A DNA stretch of 64,000 bases from Squalus acanthias (taxonomy: Eukaryota): positions 13,516,001-13,580,000 of the forward strand of contig CM059436.1 in the NCBI GenBank assembly GCA_030390025.1. The letters are read 5' to 3'. A program made the translations under genes and the position numbers. Each line of letters starts with the position of its first letter. Position 1 is the stretch's first letter. Positions 36,815 to 50,605 of this stretch are shown here, in pieces. The notes beneath the pieces are model-generated. The model ran no database searches. It saw nothing but the letters and a program-made list of their open reading frames with translations, and was not told the DNA's origin.

Positions 36815-37039
36815 CTGTTTCTCTCTCCACGGATGCTGCCTGACCTGCTGAGCGTCTCCAGCATTTTCTGTTGTGCTTTTATTTCATATTACTATGTTGC
36901 ACTTACAAATGTGTCCTTGTTTATTTATATCAGAATGCACATGTCTGAGTTTTAGAATTTTAATTCATAACTTGCATAATCTCAGTTGTTGTATGCATTT
37001 GGGTTTTTAATGTGCCTCTGCTTCAATTGATCAGAAAGT

Positions 37040-37975
37040 ATATATATTATTGACTTGGATGTGGGTGTACAGGGTACAATTTCAAAATTTGCAAATGACA
37101 CAAAACTTGGAAGTATAGTGAACAGGGAGGAGGAGAGTGATAGACGTCAAGAGGACATAGACAGGCTGGCGGAATGGGCAGACATGTGGCAGATGAAATT
37201 TAACGCAGAAAAATGCGAAGTGATACATTCGCATACTAAATAATACAATCCTAAAGGGGTGCATGAACAGAGACACCTAGGGGTATATGTGCGCAAATCA
37301 TTGATGGTGGCAGGGCAGGTTGAGCAAGCAGTTAAAGAAAGCTTACGGGATCCTGGGCTTCATGACTAGAGGTAGAGAGTTCAAAAGTATGGAAATTATG
37401 ATGAACCTGTATAAAACACTGGTTCGGCCTCAACTGGAGTATTGCGTCCAATTCTGGGCACCGCACTTTAGGAAGGATGTGAAGGCCTTGGAGAGGGTGC
37501 AGAAAAGATTTACGGAATGATTCCAAGAACGAGGGACTTCAGTTACGTGGATAGACTGGAAAAGCTGGGGTTGTTACCCTTGGAGCAGAGAAGATTGAGA
37601 AGAGATTTGATAGAGCTGCTCAAAATCATGAGGGGTCTGGACAGAGTAGATAGAGAAACTGTTGCCATTGGCAGAGGGGTCGAGAACCGGAGGACACAGA
37701 TTTAAGATGATTGGCAAAAGAACCAAAGGCGACGTAAGAAAAAACTTTTTTACGCAGCGAGTGGTTATGATCTGGAATTCACTGCCTGAAAGGGTGGTGG
37801 AGGCAGATTCAATCGTGGCTTTCAAAAGGGAACTAGATAAGTATACCTGAAGGAAAAAATTTGCAGGGCTCTGGTGAACAGGCGGGGGAGTGGGACTAGC
37901 TGATGTGCTCTAGCTGGCATGGGCTTGACGGGCCAAATGGCCGCCTCCTGTGCTGTAACCATTCTATGATTCTAT
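37040..37975 (+). mobile_element. CR1 family B 3' fragment
   Basis: TISKFANDTKL, LYKTLVRPQLEYCVQFW and NFFTQRVVMIWNSL; tail accattctatgattcta. Confidence 0.9.
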
Positions 37976-38560
37976 CCGTGATGGAAACCCTCATCCATGC
38001 CTTTAACTCTAGACTTGACTGTTCCAATGCTCATCAGGCCGGCCTCCCATCTTGCACCCTCCGTAAACTTGAGCTCATCCATATCTCTGCTGTCTGTATG
38101 CTAACTCGTCCCCAGTCCCATTTCACCATCCCACCTGTCCTTGCTGACCTACATTGGCTCCCGGTCCAGCAGCACCTAGATTTTAAAATTCTCATGCTGG
38201 TTTTCAAATCCCTCCATGGCCTCGTTCCTCCCCATCTCTAACCTCCTCCAGCCCTTCAACCCTCGGAGATCTCTGCGTTCATCCAATTCTGGTCTCTTGC
38301 CCATCCCCGATTTTAATTGCTCCACCATTGGCTGCCATGCCTTGAGCTGTCTAGGCCCGAAGCTCTGGAATTCCCTACCTTAACCTCTAAGTCTCTCTAC
38401 CCCTCTCCTCCATCTGACGCACCTTAAAACCTACCTCGTTCCTGTCCCAATACCTCCTTATGTGGCTCAGTGTCACATTTTATTTGATAACGCTCTTTTG
38501 AAGCATCTTGGGAACTTTTTGCTACGTTAAAGGCGCTATACAAATGCAAGTTGTTGTTGG
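37976..38560 (+). mobile_element. L2 LINE 3' fragment
   Basis: ETLIHAF.SRLDCSNA...PVLADLHWLPVQQ; tail ggcgctatacaaatgcaagttgttgttg. Confidence 0.85.
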
Positions 38561-40996
38561 AGGAGGCTCGTGGAGTATAAACACCGGTACAGACCATTTG
38601 GGTTAAATAGTCTGTTTCTGTGCCATCCATTACCTCTATTTCAAATATTGTGTCAGTGTTCCCCTCCCAATAACCAGTTTTTCGATTCGGTATGCAACTA
38701 CTTGAAAAGATTGTACAAAAAAAGTATTGTGCTTAACATATAGGAAAATGTATGTTAATTGCAAAACAATAGTTACTGCAGAAATGTCAGAAAACTAAAT
38801 TATTTAAAGTACATTATTTTTGCTGGACATAAACAAGACAACTAATAATCACAAGCCATTAGAACAGTGGCAAATAAAACCTCTTCAGATAACTAACATG
38901 AGCAAGCAATGTGAAGTCTCAGTCTTATACAACCCTTCCATTATGCTATACAGCCTGAGCGTTTGCATTAGAGAGCTTGATAACCTATTCAGAAGACTTA
39001 TTGGAGTGTGAGCTCTACGTTTACAGTAACAGAGCATGTTTTAGTTGAGGTCAAGTTCAATTTCCACTTTCTTTTGTCTGTTAATGGTACCAGCTGCTCA
39101 TACATAATGAAATTATCTATACCAAACCTTTTTCCTTACTAACAATCACATCACACAAACAGCGGGGCTTGCTCTGACTGACTGCTATCACAATGGGTAG
39201 AAATACATTTTTATTTGGCTAATGAACTGATTTTAAAAGAGCAGGACTGGATAACAGTCATCTGTTTAACAGATTCACAAATGCACGTGAAAGCCAAATT
39301 TTATGTTTAGTCTAATAACTGAGACAAATACTAGAGAATTCATTGCAAGACTGTAATTTAATATCCAGATTCAGCAATGGCAAACCACAAAAAATTCAAC
39401 ACTTTTTGTAATTGTCAAAATTTCACTTTAGTAATATATACACTGTGTAGCTCGAAACAGCACTACTCAGTAAAATAGCCTCTTTCTGTAAGTGACAATG
39501 TCAAAGAATATTTCATAGAATGGTTACAACACGGAAGAAGGCCATTCGGCCCATTGAGCCCGTGCTAGCTCTCTGCAAGAGCACCTCAGCTAGTATCACT
39601 CCCCCGCCCTTTCCCCGTAGCTCTGCAAAAATGTTTTCTCTCTCAGGTACTTGGCCAACTCCCTTTTGAAAGCAGTGATTGAGTCTGCCTCCACCACCCT
39701 TTCAGGAAGTGCATTCCAGATCCTAACCACTCGCTGCATAAAGTTATTTTTTTGCGTCGCCTTTGGTTCTTTTGCCAATCACCTTAAATCTGTGTCCTCT
39801 GGTTCTCGACCCTTCTGCCAATGGGAACAGTTTCTCTCTAATCTACTCTGTCCAGACCCCTCATGATTTTGAACACCTAAACACCTATCAAATCTCCTCT
39901 TAACCTTCTCTGCTCTAAGGAGAACAACCCCAGCTTCTCCAGTCTATCCACGTTACTGAAGTCCCTCATCCCTGGAATCATTCTTGTAAATCTTTTCTGT
40001 ACCCTCTCTAAGGCCTTCACATCCTTCCTAAAGTGTGGTGCCCAGAATTGGACACAATACTCCAGTTGAGGCCGAACCAGTGTTTTATAAAGGTGGTTCA
40101 TAAGTTCCTTGCTTTTGTACTCTATATCTCTATTTATGAAGCCCAGAATCCTGTATGCTTTTTTAACTGCTTTCTCAACCTGCCCTGACACCTTCAACTG
40201 TTTGTGCACATATACCCCCAGGTGTCTCTGTTTATTGTACCCTTTTAGTTTATATTACCTCTCCCCGTTCTTCCTACCAAAATGTATCACTTTGTACTTT
40301 TCTGTGTTAAATTTCATGTGTCCGCCCATTCCACCAGCCTGTCTATGTTCTCTTGAAGCCTATCACTATCCTCCTCACTGTTGACTATACTTCCAAGTTT
40401 TGTCATCTGCAAATTTTGAAATTGTGCCCTGTACCCCCACATCCAAAGTCATTAATACATATCAAGAAAAGCAGTGGTCCTAGTACCGACCCCTGGGGAA
40501 CACCACTGTATACCTTCCTCCAGTCCGAAAAAACAACCATTCACCGTTACTGTTTCCTGTCACTTAGCCAATTTCGTATCTATGCTGCCATTGTCCCTTT
40601 TATTCTGCGGGCTTCAACTTTGCTGGCAAGCCTATTATGTGGCACTTTATCAAACGCCTTTTGGAAGTCCATGTATACCACATCAACTGCATTGCCCTCA
40701 TCAAAAAAACTCAATCAAGTTAGTAAAACACAATTTGCCTTTGACAAATCAGTGCTGGGTTTCCTTAATTAATCTACACTTGTGCAGGTGACTGTTAATT
40801 TTGTCCCAGATTATCGTTTCTAAAAGCTTCCCAACTACCAAGGTTAAACTGACTGCTCTGTAGTTGCTGAGATTATCATTGCACCATTTTTTGAACAAGG
40901 GTGTAATATTTGCAGTTTTGCAGTCCTTTGGCACCACCCCCGTATCTAAGGAGGATTGGAAGATTATGGCCAGTACCTCCGCAATTTCCATCCTAG

Positions 40997-43234
40997 GAGT
41001 GAAGTAGTTGACTCCGAGACTAGGGTCCTGAATTTAAATAAAGGAAACTACGATGGTATGAGGCGCAAGTTGGCTAGGATGGATTAGGGAACGTTACTTA
41101 AAGGGTTGACGGTGGATAGGTAATGGCAAACATTTAAAGATCGCATGGATGAACTACAGAATTTGTTCATCCCTGTTTGGCATAAAAATAAAACAAAAAA
41201 AGTGACTCAACCGTGGCTAACCAGGGAAATTAGGGATAGTATAAGATCTAAGGAGAGGACATATAAATTGGCCAGAAAAAGCAGCAAACCTGAGGATTGG
41301 GAGCAGTTTAGGATTCAGCAAAGGAGGACAAAGGGATTAATTAAGAGGGGGAAAATAGAGTACGAGAGTAAGCTTGCAGGGAACATAAAAACTGACTGTA
41401 AAAGCTTTTATACATATGTGAAGAGAAAAAGATTGGTGAAGTCAAGCATAGGTCCCTTGCAGTCAGAATCAGGGGAATTTATAATGGGGAACAAAGAAAT
41501 GGGTGACGAATTAAATACATACTTAGGTTCTGTCTTCAAAAGGAGGACACAAATAACCTCCCCAGAGATGTCGGGGAACATAGGGTCTAATGAGAGGGAG
41601 GAACTGAATGAAATCAGTATTTGTAGAGAAATGGTGTTGGGGAAATTGACGGGATTGAAGGCCGATAAATCCCCAGGGCCTGATAATCTACATCCTAGGG
41701 TACTTAAGGAAGTAGCCCTAGAAATAGTAGATGCATTGCTGATCATCTTCCAACATTCGATGGAATCTGGAACAGTACCCATGGATTGGAGGGTAGCTAA
41801 TGTTACCCCACTATTCAAAAAGGGTGGTCGAGAGAAAACGGGGAATTACAGACCGGTAAGCCTGACATCGGTAGTGGGGGAAATGCTGGAGTCCATTATA
41901 AAAGATGTAATAGCTGAGCACTTGAAAAACAGTGACAGGATCGGACAAAGTCAACATGGATTTACAAAAGGTAAATCATGCTTGACTAATCTATTGGAAT
42001 TTTTTGAGGATGTAACTGGTAAAATAGATAAGGGAGAACCAGTGGATGTGGTGTATTTGGACTTCCAAAAGGCTTTTAATAAGGTCCCGCATAAGAGATT
42101 AGCGTGTAAAGTTAAGGCACATGGGATTGGGGGCAAGGTATTGACTTGGATAGAGAACTGGTTGGCAAACAGAAAGCAAAGAGTTGCAATAAACGGGTCT
42201 TTTTCCGAGTGGCAGGCAGTGACTAGTGGGGTACCGCAGGGATCGGTCCTTGGACCCCAGCTATTCACAATATATATTAATGATCTAGACAAGGGAACTA
42301 GATGTAATATCTCCAAGTTTGAAGACGACACAAAACTGGGTGGGCGTGTGTGCTGTGAGGAGGATGCAGAGAAACTCCAGTATGATTTGGACAAGTTGGG
42401 TGATTGGGCAGATGCAGTATAATGTGGATAAATGCGAGGTTATCCACTTTGGTGGCAAAAACAGGAATGCAGATTATTATCTGAACGGCAATAGATTGGG
42501 AGAAGGGGAAGTGCAACGAGATCTGGGTGTCCTTGTGCACCAGTCGCTGAAGGTAAGCATGCAGGTGCAGCAGGCGGTTAAGAAGGCAAATGGTATGTTG
42601 GCCTTCATAGCGAGAGCATTCGAGTACAGGAGCAAGGATGTTTTGCTGCAGTTGTACAAGGCCTTGGTGAGACCACACCTTGAGTACTGTGTGCAGTTTT
42701 GGTCGCCTTATCTGAGGAAGGATGTTCTTGCCATGGAGGGAGTGCAGCGAAGATTCACCAGACTGATACCTGGGATGGCAGGAATGACGTATGAAGAGAG
42801 ATTGGGTCGATTAGGCTTATATTCGCTAGAGTTTAGAAGAATGAGAGGGGATCTCATTGAAACTTATAAAATTCTAACAGGACTAGACGGACTAGATGCA
42901 GGAAGGATGTTCCCGATGGCGGGGGAGTCCAGAACCAGAGGTCACAGTCTAAGGATAAGGGGTAAGCCATTTAGGACTGAGATGAGGTGGAATTTCTTCA
43001 CCCAGAGAGTGGTGAACCTGTGGAATTCTCTACCACAGAAGGCAGTTGAGGCCAATTAGTTAAATATATTCAAGAAGGAGTTAGATATATTTCTTAAGGC
43101 TAAAGGGATCAAGGGATATGGGGAGAAAGCAGGAAAGGGTACTGAATTTGGATGATCAGCCATGATCTCATTAAATGGCAGAACAGGCTCGAGGGGCCGC
43201 ATGGCCTACTCCTGCTCCTATTTTCTATGTTTCT
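40997..43234 (+). mobile_element. CR1 LINE (5'-truncated) nested antisense in the family B copy
   Basis: ORFs 41145-42422 and 42319-43059 with complete CR1 RT motifs (catalytic motif mutated to FEDD); tail ctcctattttctatgtttcta. Confidence 0.95.
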
Positions 43235-43540
43235 ATCCCATCCGGTCCTTGTGACTTATCTACTTTAAGTACAGTCAGCCTTTCTAGTACCGCCTCTATC
43301 AATTTTTATCCCATCCACTATCTCAACTACCTCCTCTTTCACTGACTTTGTCAGCATCTTCTTCCTTGGAAAAGACGGATGCAAAGTACTTAATTTAGTA
43401 CCTCAGCCATGCCCTCTGCCTCCATGCGTAGCTCTCCTTTTTTGGTCCCTATTCGGCCCCACCCCTCCTCTTACTACCCGTTTATTATTTATATACCTAT
43501 AGAAGACTTTCAGATTCCCTTTTATGTTAGCTGCCAGTCT

Positions 43541-43790
43541 GTTCTAGAAGTAAAGGGAATTAGGGGTTACGGGGAACGGGCAGGAAATTGGACATGAGGC
43601 TGAGTTCGGATCGGTCGAGGCCCTGTGGGTGGCATAGCGGGCCCAGGGGCTGAGTGGCCAGGTCCTGCTCCTACTTCTTGTGTTCTTTAGATTTGAGGTG
43701 AGGATCAGATCAGCCATGATCATATTGAATGGCGGAGCAGGCTCGAAGGGCCGATTGGCCTACTCCTATTTCTTATGTTCTTATGTTCTC
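43541..43790 (+). mobile_element. Short CR1 3' end with dimeric UTR, same subfamily as 31481-33926
   Basis: LEVKGIRGYGERAGNWT* and a UTR nearly identical to 33690-33926. Confidence 0.9.
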
Positions 43791-45689
43791 ATACTGTCTC
43801 TTTGCGCCATTTTTTTCCTTTTTCACTTCCCCTCTGAACTTTATATGTTTAGCCTGGTTCTCACTTGGGTTCTCAACCTGACATCTGTCATACACCACCT
43901 TACTCTCTATCCAAGGAGCTCTGGCTTTGTTTGCACTACCTTTCCCCCTCGTGAGAATGTACCTTGACTGCCCAAGCCATCTCCTCTTTAAAGGCAGCCC
44001 ATTGTTCGATTACAGTTTTGCCTGCCAATCTTTGATTCCAATTTACCTGGGCCAGATCTGTTCTCAACCCACTGAAATTGGCCCTTCTCCAATTAAGTAT
44101 TTTTAATCTAGAATCCTCCTTGTCCTTTTCCATAGCTAATCTAAACCTTATGATTCTGTGAGCTCTGTTCCCTAAATATTCCCCTACTGACTCTTGCTTC
44201 ACTTGACTCACCTTCATTCCCCAGAACCAGATCCAGCAATGCCTCCTTCCTCGTTGAGCCAGAAGCATACTGATCTAGAAAGTTCTCCTGAACACACTTC
44301 AGAAATTCTTCCCCTTCTCTGCCCCTTACACTATTACTATCCCAGTCTATATTAGGATAATTGAAGTCTCCCATTATCACAACTCTATAGTTCTTTCACC
44401 TCTCTGTAATTTCCCTGCAAATTTGCTCCTCTATATCCATCCCACTAGTTGGTAGCCTATAGAATACACCTAGTAGTGTAATGGCACCTCTATTGTTTCT
44501 TAACTCTAACCAAATAGATTCTGTCCTTGACCCCTCCAGGACATCGTCTCTCTGCAGCACTGTAATATTCTCCTTAATTAATACTGCCACCCTACCTCCT
44601 TTCTTTCCTTCCCTATCTTTCCTGACCACCTTACATCCAGGAATATTTAGTACCCAATCCAGCCCTTTTTTGAGCCAGGTCTCCGTTATTGCCACGGCGT
44701 CATATTTCCATGTGGCTATTTGCGCTTGCAGCTCACCAACCTTATTTACCACACTTCGTGTGTTTACACACATGGGCGTTGACACACGAGCTGAGGCAGG
44801 GGCAAAGATGGATGATGTTGCAGTGTATGTGGTATTGGTACTCTTAATTACCTCTTCCCACCCTGTCCCCATATCCCTCTCTCCCCACCTGCATCAAGAC
44901 TCCCCTGAAATGTGTCAATGCTTCAGCCACTCCATGTGGCATCGAGTTTTACATTTTCACCACTCTATAAAGAAACTTCTCCTAAATTTATTATTTGATC
45001 TGTTGGTGGCTATCTTATATTTATGTCCCCTTGTTTTGTTCTGGTCTCGCCTACAAGTGGAGCTAGAGCTCCTTGATGCCATACTTGGTTGAATGTTACC
45101 TTGATATTGAGGGTAGTTGCTCTTGCATCTGGCATCCTGATCCTGCATTTATGTCTGAATCAAGGCTGTGACGAATTCAGGAATCAAGTGGTCCTGGCAG
45201 AACCTGAATTTGCCAGTAAGCAGGTTATTTGTGAGGTGTTGTGTGATGGAGTTATTGATTACTTCTCCATCATTTTATGATGATTGTTAGAATTTATTTT
45301 TGATGTCTTACCTTAAATTAACACTCAAACTGGAAATATTCCCTGTCTAATATGGTACTTTAATAACTGTTGCTTGAGGTAGTCTGGTTTTATATAAAAC
45401 CCATGATTTAAGTGTGTAAAGTAAAGGCTTTGCTTTTTTTTAACACCAAAAAATGAAATCTGTTCAAAATGGCCAAATATATCAAAATCAATTAAGTGCA
45501 AAATCTAGTAGATCAACACACTCTTCTGTTGAGGATAACTTGCATTTCCCAACACTGCATTGCATCTATGGAACTTTTTTTCCATTAGATCTCCCTTTGA
45601 CCTTCCTGCTTCAGTGAATAGAGTGCTATTCAAATCACAACTATATCATCTCATCCATGATATCATCCTAGTGTAACTTGCATTTTACA

Positions 45690-46010
45690 TTTTCAACAGC
45701 TTTAATAGAATTTCTATAATATGGTGCCCAAAACTGCACATAGCCCTTCTACTGTGCCCTAACCAATGTCTTTCACAGTCTCCATCACCTCCTTGCTTTT
45801 GTATTCTGTGCCCCATATATAAAATCCAGAATCCCTCTTCCATCTGCTTTTAACGATCTGTGTATCTACACCCCCAAGTGTCTTTCTCCACTACATTAAG
45901 AATTTTACCATATAGGAGGGATTTCCATTCTCTAAAAATGTACCACTTTTATCTTCATTGTACTGCATGTGCTACGCACCTGTGCATCCTGTTAGCCAAC
46001 CCATCTCCCC
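45690..46010 (-). mobile_element. Old CR1 fragment
   Basis: atatggtgcccaaaactgcaca...ccttgcttttgtattctgtgcc, the reverse complement of CR1 RT C-terminal sequence. Confidence 0.6.
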
Positions 46011-46027
46011 TGCAGCGTTTACCTATA

Positions 46028-46082
46028 TCTCGCGCTCTCTCGCGCTCTCTACCTCTCTCTCTCTCTCTACCTCTCTCTCTAC
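46028..46082. repeat. Imperfect (CT)n microsatellite
   Basis: tctcgcgctctctcgcgctctctacctctctctctctctctctacctctctct. Confidence 0.85.
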
Positions 46083-46339
46083 CCCTAAGTATACAAAATG
46101 ATCTAGACAGTAGAGAGATCCCGACACCGACCCTGTTGTACATTACACACTACATCTTTCCAGTTCAGGAAACTTCACCTTACCCCTACCCTTGGCCTTC
46201 TGTCATCCAATCAACTCTCTACCCATGTGATCACATTCCCTTTAATTCCACCTGTCCCTGTCTTTGGATAAGTCTCTTGTTAGGGTTCAAACCCTAACAA
46301 GATATGTACTTGAGCATGTAATCTAGGCTGGCACTTCAA

Positions 46340-47540
46340 CAACAGCAACTTCTTGCATTTATATCGCGCCTTTAGTAAAACGTCCTACGGCACTTCACAG
46401 GAGCGTAAACAGACAAAATAATTGACACCGAGCCAAAGAAGGAGACTTTGGGACAGGTGACTAAGAGCTTGGTCAAAGAGGTTGATTTTAAGGAGATCCA
46501 GAGAAGGTTAGAGAGGGAATTCCAGAGCTTGGGGCCTAGATGGCTGAAGGCACAGTTGACAATAGTGGGGCGAAGCTTGGAGGGTTGTAGGGATGGAGAA
46601 GGTTAGAGATACAGAATGGATAAACTGTGGAGGAATTTGAACAGGAGTATGAGAATTTTAAAATCGAGGCATTGCTGAACTGGGAGACGAACACAGGATG
46701 AATGGGATTTGGTGCGAGTTAGGATATGGGCAAGTTAGGATATGGGCAGCAGAGTTTTTGATGAGCTTAAGTTTATGGAGGATGGAAGGTGAAAGGCTGG
46801 CCAGGAGAGCATTGGAATTGTTGAGTCTGGAGGTAACAAAAGCATGGATGAGGTTTTCAGCAGCAGTTGGGCTGAGGCAGTGGCCGAGACCGGTGCTTTT
46901 ACGGAGGTGGATGTAAGCGGTCCTTGTGGTGGAGAGGATATGGGGTTGGAAGCTCAGTTCGGAGTCAAATAGGATGCTGAGGTTGTGAATGGTCTGATTC
47001 AGCCTGAGACAGTGGCCGCGGGGGGCGCTAGAATCCGTGGCTGGGGAACAGAGTTTGTGGCAGGGGATGAAATGTCGGTTATCAGGACTGGATATCGGAC
47101 AAGCAGTCTGACAACACTGAGGCAATGTAGGGATCAAGAGAGTTGGTGGTGAAGTAGAGCAGTGTATCGTCAGCTTGCGTGTGGAACCTGATGTATTGTT
47201 TCTGGATGATGTCGCTGAAGGGCAGCATATAGATGAGAAATAGGGGGCCAAGGAAAGATCCTTGGGGACTTCAAATGTAATGGTATGGGGGCGGGAAGGG
47301 ATTCTCTGGCTATGACATGGATAGGTAAGAGTGGAATCAGCCAAGAACAATCCCACTCTTCTGAACAATGGAGGAGAGGCATTGGAGGAGCATGGTGTGG
47401 TCAGCCGTGTCAAAGGCTGCAGATGCGTCGCAAAGAATGAGGAAGGATAGTGCACCAGTCACAGTCACATAGGATATCATTTGTCACTTTGATTAGAGCC
47501 ATTTCAGTGCTGCAGCAGGGGCGGAAACCTGATTGGAACT
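46340..47540 (-). mobile_element. L2 LINE fragment
   Basis: NLSILFDSELSFQPHI...AENLIHAFVTSRLNNSNALL on the minus strand; L2 tail at 46345-46390. Confidence 0.85.
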
Positions 47541-47809
47541 ATCTGTTTTTCAGTTTTAAGTAGAAAGAGCAAGATACATTTATATAGGGGCTTTCAAAAT
47601 GTGCCAAGGTGCTTTGCAGGAGGAACAATGGTTATAAGTAGGAGAAAAGTTAGAGGAGGTGGTTCTAAGTCCAGTCAAAAATTTAACTTTTGAGCAGCTT
47701 TTTTAAGCTGAGGTGAGGGTTTTAAGGTTGGAATTGATGACCTAGGTGACGCAAAACCTGGAAATGTAGTGAGGAGGAGAGGACGAGATTTTAGGAGGAC
47801 AGAGACAAA

Positions 47810-48790
47810 ATGGTGAAATGGGCAGACACATGACGGATTAAATTTAACGCAGAAAAGTGTGGTAATGCATTTTGGAAGGACAATTAGGACTACATTTTTT
47901 ATTTTTTTAAAATGTTTTTATGGGATGTGGGTGTCGCTGGCAAGGCCAGCATTTATTGCCCATCCCTAATTGCCCTTGAGATGGTGGTGGTGAGCCGCCG
48001 CCTTGAACCGCTGCAGTCCGTGTGGTGAAGGTACTCCCACACTGCTGTTAGGTAGGGAGTTCCAGGATTTTGACCCAGCGACGATGAAGGTATAATGGTA
48101 TAATTTTAAAGGGGCTGAAGGAACAGAGACTTGGGGGTTCACATAAACAAATCTTTGAAGGTTGCAGGACAAGTTGATAAGGCTATTAAAAAGCATACGG
48201 GATCCTGGGCTTTAAGTCAAGGAAGTTATAACAAACCTATATAAATCCAAGGTTAAGCCTCAGCTGGAGCATTGTGTTCAATTCTGGACACCACACTTGA
48301 GGAAGGATGTCAAGGCCTTGGAGAGGGTGCAGAGGAGATTTACTAGAGTGGAACCAGGAATGAGGGACTTCAGTTACGTGGAGAAGCTGGGATTGTTCTC
48401 TTTGCAGCAAGGAAGGTTAAGGGGAGAACTAATAGGTGTTTTGTATGAAGGGTTTAATGGAGTAAATAGGGAGAAACTGTTTCCAGTGGCAGGAGGGTCA
48501 GTAACCAGAGGACACAGATTTAAGGTAATTGGCAAAAGAACCAGTGAGGCGATGAGTTTTTTTTTATGCAGCGAGTTATGATCTGGAATGCGCTGCCTGA
48601 AAGGGTGGTGGAAGCAGATTCAATAGTTACTTTCAGAAGGGAATTGGGTATAAACTTGAAAAGGAAAAATTTGCAGGGCTATAGGTAAAGCGCAGGGGAA
48701 TAGGACAAATGGAAATATCTTTCAAACAGCCGGCACAGGCAGGATAAACCAAATGGCTTCCTTCTGTGTTGTATAATTCAATGAATCTTT
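47810..48790 (+). mobile_element. CR1 family B fragment with an antisense family C 3' tail inserted (~47900-48090)
   Basis: RKDVKALERVQRRFTR...; the insert carries atttattgcccatccctaattgccc. Confidence 0.8.
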
Positions 48791-49649
48791 GAATTCTAGA
48801 GTAAAAACTTAGTGGGAGAAATCTGTGTCACCAATGGTGGAACTGAATTGAGGAGCAGGAATTGTGTAATCGACTAGTGTCAGAAGAGGAGAGGGTGGCG
48901 AGCCAAAGGAGATGGGCTTGAGCAAAACCTTGGAGAAATTTGAAGATTATGAAGTCAATGTGCTGGATGGGAAACAGTGAGGGCTAAGAGCACTTGGTGA
49001 TGGATGTTTGCTTCTTTACGTGGGATGGGATACAGACTTTGGAATTTGTGTAGGCTACACCTAAGCTAACTCTGCTGTGGATAAAGATTTCAGTAGCGAT
49101 TTTGGTAAGGTAGGGGAGTAAGCAAGAATTATTCTGGACATGGAAGTGAGTGGTCTTGATGATGGACGAAATGTGGTGTCTGAAACTCAGCTTGGAGTTG
49201 ATCAGGGCACAAAGGTTCCATATCAACAGATTCAGTCTGGGAGAGCAAAGTAGTACTTGATTTATATAGTTCTTCACTCATTAAGGAAGTTGTTCTGTGC
49301 GCTTTACAATAAACCATAAATGTTTACAGCACTGAAGGAGGTAATTTGGTCCATTTTGTCTGTGCCAACTCTTTGCTAGATCAATCCCAAACTAATCACA
49401 CTATTCTGCACTCTCTCCACATCTTCCTCTGCCTTAAATATTTATCTACTCTTCTTTAAAATATGTAGTGGTGTCTGCCTCAACTACACTGTCTGGCAAA
49501 GTATTCCAGGCTCTCTCAACTCTCTGAATGAAGTAATTTCTCCTAACCCCTCTTCTCATTCTCTTAGTGACTATTTCAAGTTAATGAGCCCTTGTCACTG
49601 ATTCCCCAACCAGAAAAAATAGTCTTTCCCTACGGACCCTATCATAATA

Positions 49650-50605
49650 ACAACTATTTGAATTTATATAGCACCTTTTTTTTAAATGTAGAAAAATGTC
49701 CCAAGGTGCTTCAGAGTCGTACTGAGTCAAAAAGGGATGCTGTTCTGGGAGGACATATTAAGAGGGGGTGACAAAAAACTTGGTCAAAAAGGTAGATTTT
49801 AAGGAAGAGAGTGAGGTGGAGGGATTTTGGGAGGAAATTCCAGAGTGTGGTGCCTAGGCAGCTGAAGGCATTGGTGGGCTCAAGGGAGGGGTGGAATGTA
49901 CAGAAGGCCAGAGTCAGAGTTTGGGGTGTTAAAGGGGTGTAGGAGTTTAGAGGTAGGGCGGGGCAAGGCCATGAAGGAATTTAAACATGAGGATGAGAAT
50001 TTTAAATTTGAGGAGTGGGATGGGTGAGCAGGACTTGGTGCGGGATAGGATACAAGCAGTAGAGTTTTGTTGAAGATGACAGAGGTTAGATAATAGGAGG
50101 CTGGCAAGGAGAGTGTTGGAATAGTTGAGTGTAGAGGTGACAAAGGAATGAATGAGGGTTTCGGTGGCAGATGGGCTGTTGCAAGGGGTGGAGGCAGGTG
50201 AAGTTGCGGAGGTGGAAGTAGGCAGTTATTGTGATGGCGAATATGTGGGGTCAGCAGCTAAGCTTGGGGTTGAATAGGATGGCGAGATTGTGAATGGCCT
50301 AACACCGTGTCCGTGGAGGGGATGGATCGGTAGCGAGGGGATGGAATTTGTGGCACAAGCCAAAAATGAAGGCTTCAGTCTTCCTAATGTTTAACCGGTG
50401 GAAATTGTGGCTCATGCATAATTTGGATATTGGACGAGCATTTGTTAACAGAGGTAGTGGCTGGGTCAAGAGAGATGGAGAGGTAGAACTGGGTGCTGTC
50501 GGCGTACATGTGGAAGCTGACCTCATGTTGGATGATTTTGCCATGGAGCAGCATGTAGATGAGGAAGAATAGGGAGCTAAAGAATCAAACTTGGCAACTT
50601 CAGAC
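49650..50605 (-). mobile_element. L2 LINE fragment
   Basis: MSHNFHRLNIRKTEAFIFG on the minus strand; tail atttatatagcacc. Confidence 0.75.

Larger units (their letters stand above)
35885..36886 (-). mobile_element. Penelope-like element 3' fragment with inverted pseudo-LTR
   Basis: Minus strand ~36560-36290 reads VYCIRCSRCGLLYTGETKRRLGDCFVEHLRSVRKGDPELPVACHFNS...EQHLIFRLGTLQP, a GIY-YIG endonuclease with CxxC. Near-identical inverted arms at 35911-36233 and 36569-36886. Confidence 0.9.
39515..44770 (-). mobile_element. Near full-length ORF2 of CR1 family B, carrying two nested CR1 insertions
   Basis: Endonuclease CVNTRSVVNKVGEL...AITETWL and MGDFNYPNIDW at 44140-44770; RT and 3' end at 39515-40992. 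The host is continuous across the inserts (catcctagga | atcccatccgg, compare 17161-17183). Confidence 0.92.

Noticed and set aside
41408-42678. Long antisense ORFs over CR1 RT
   Set aside because: Antisense shadows of the CR1 coding frame, seen in multiple copies; no independent evidence.
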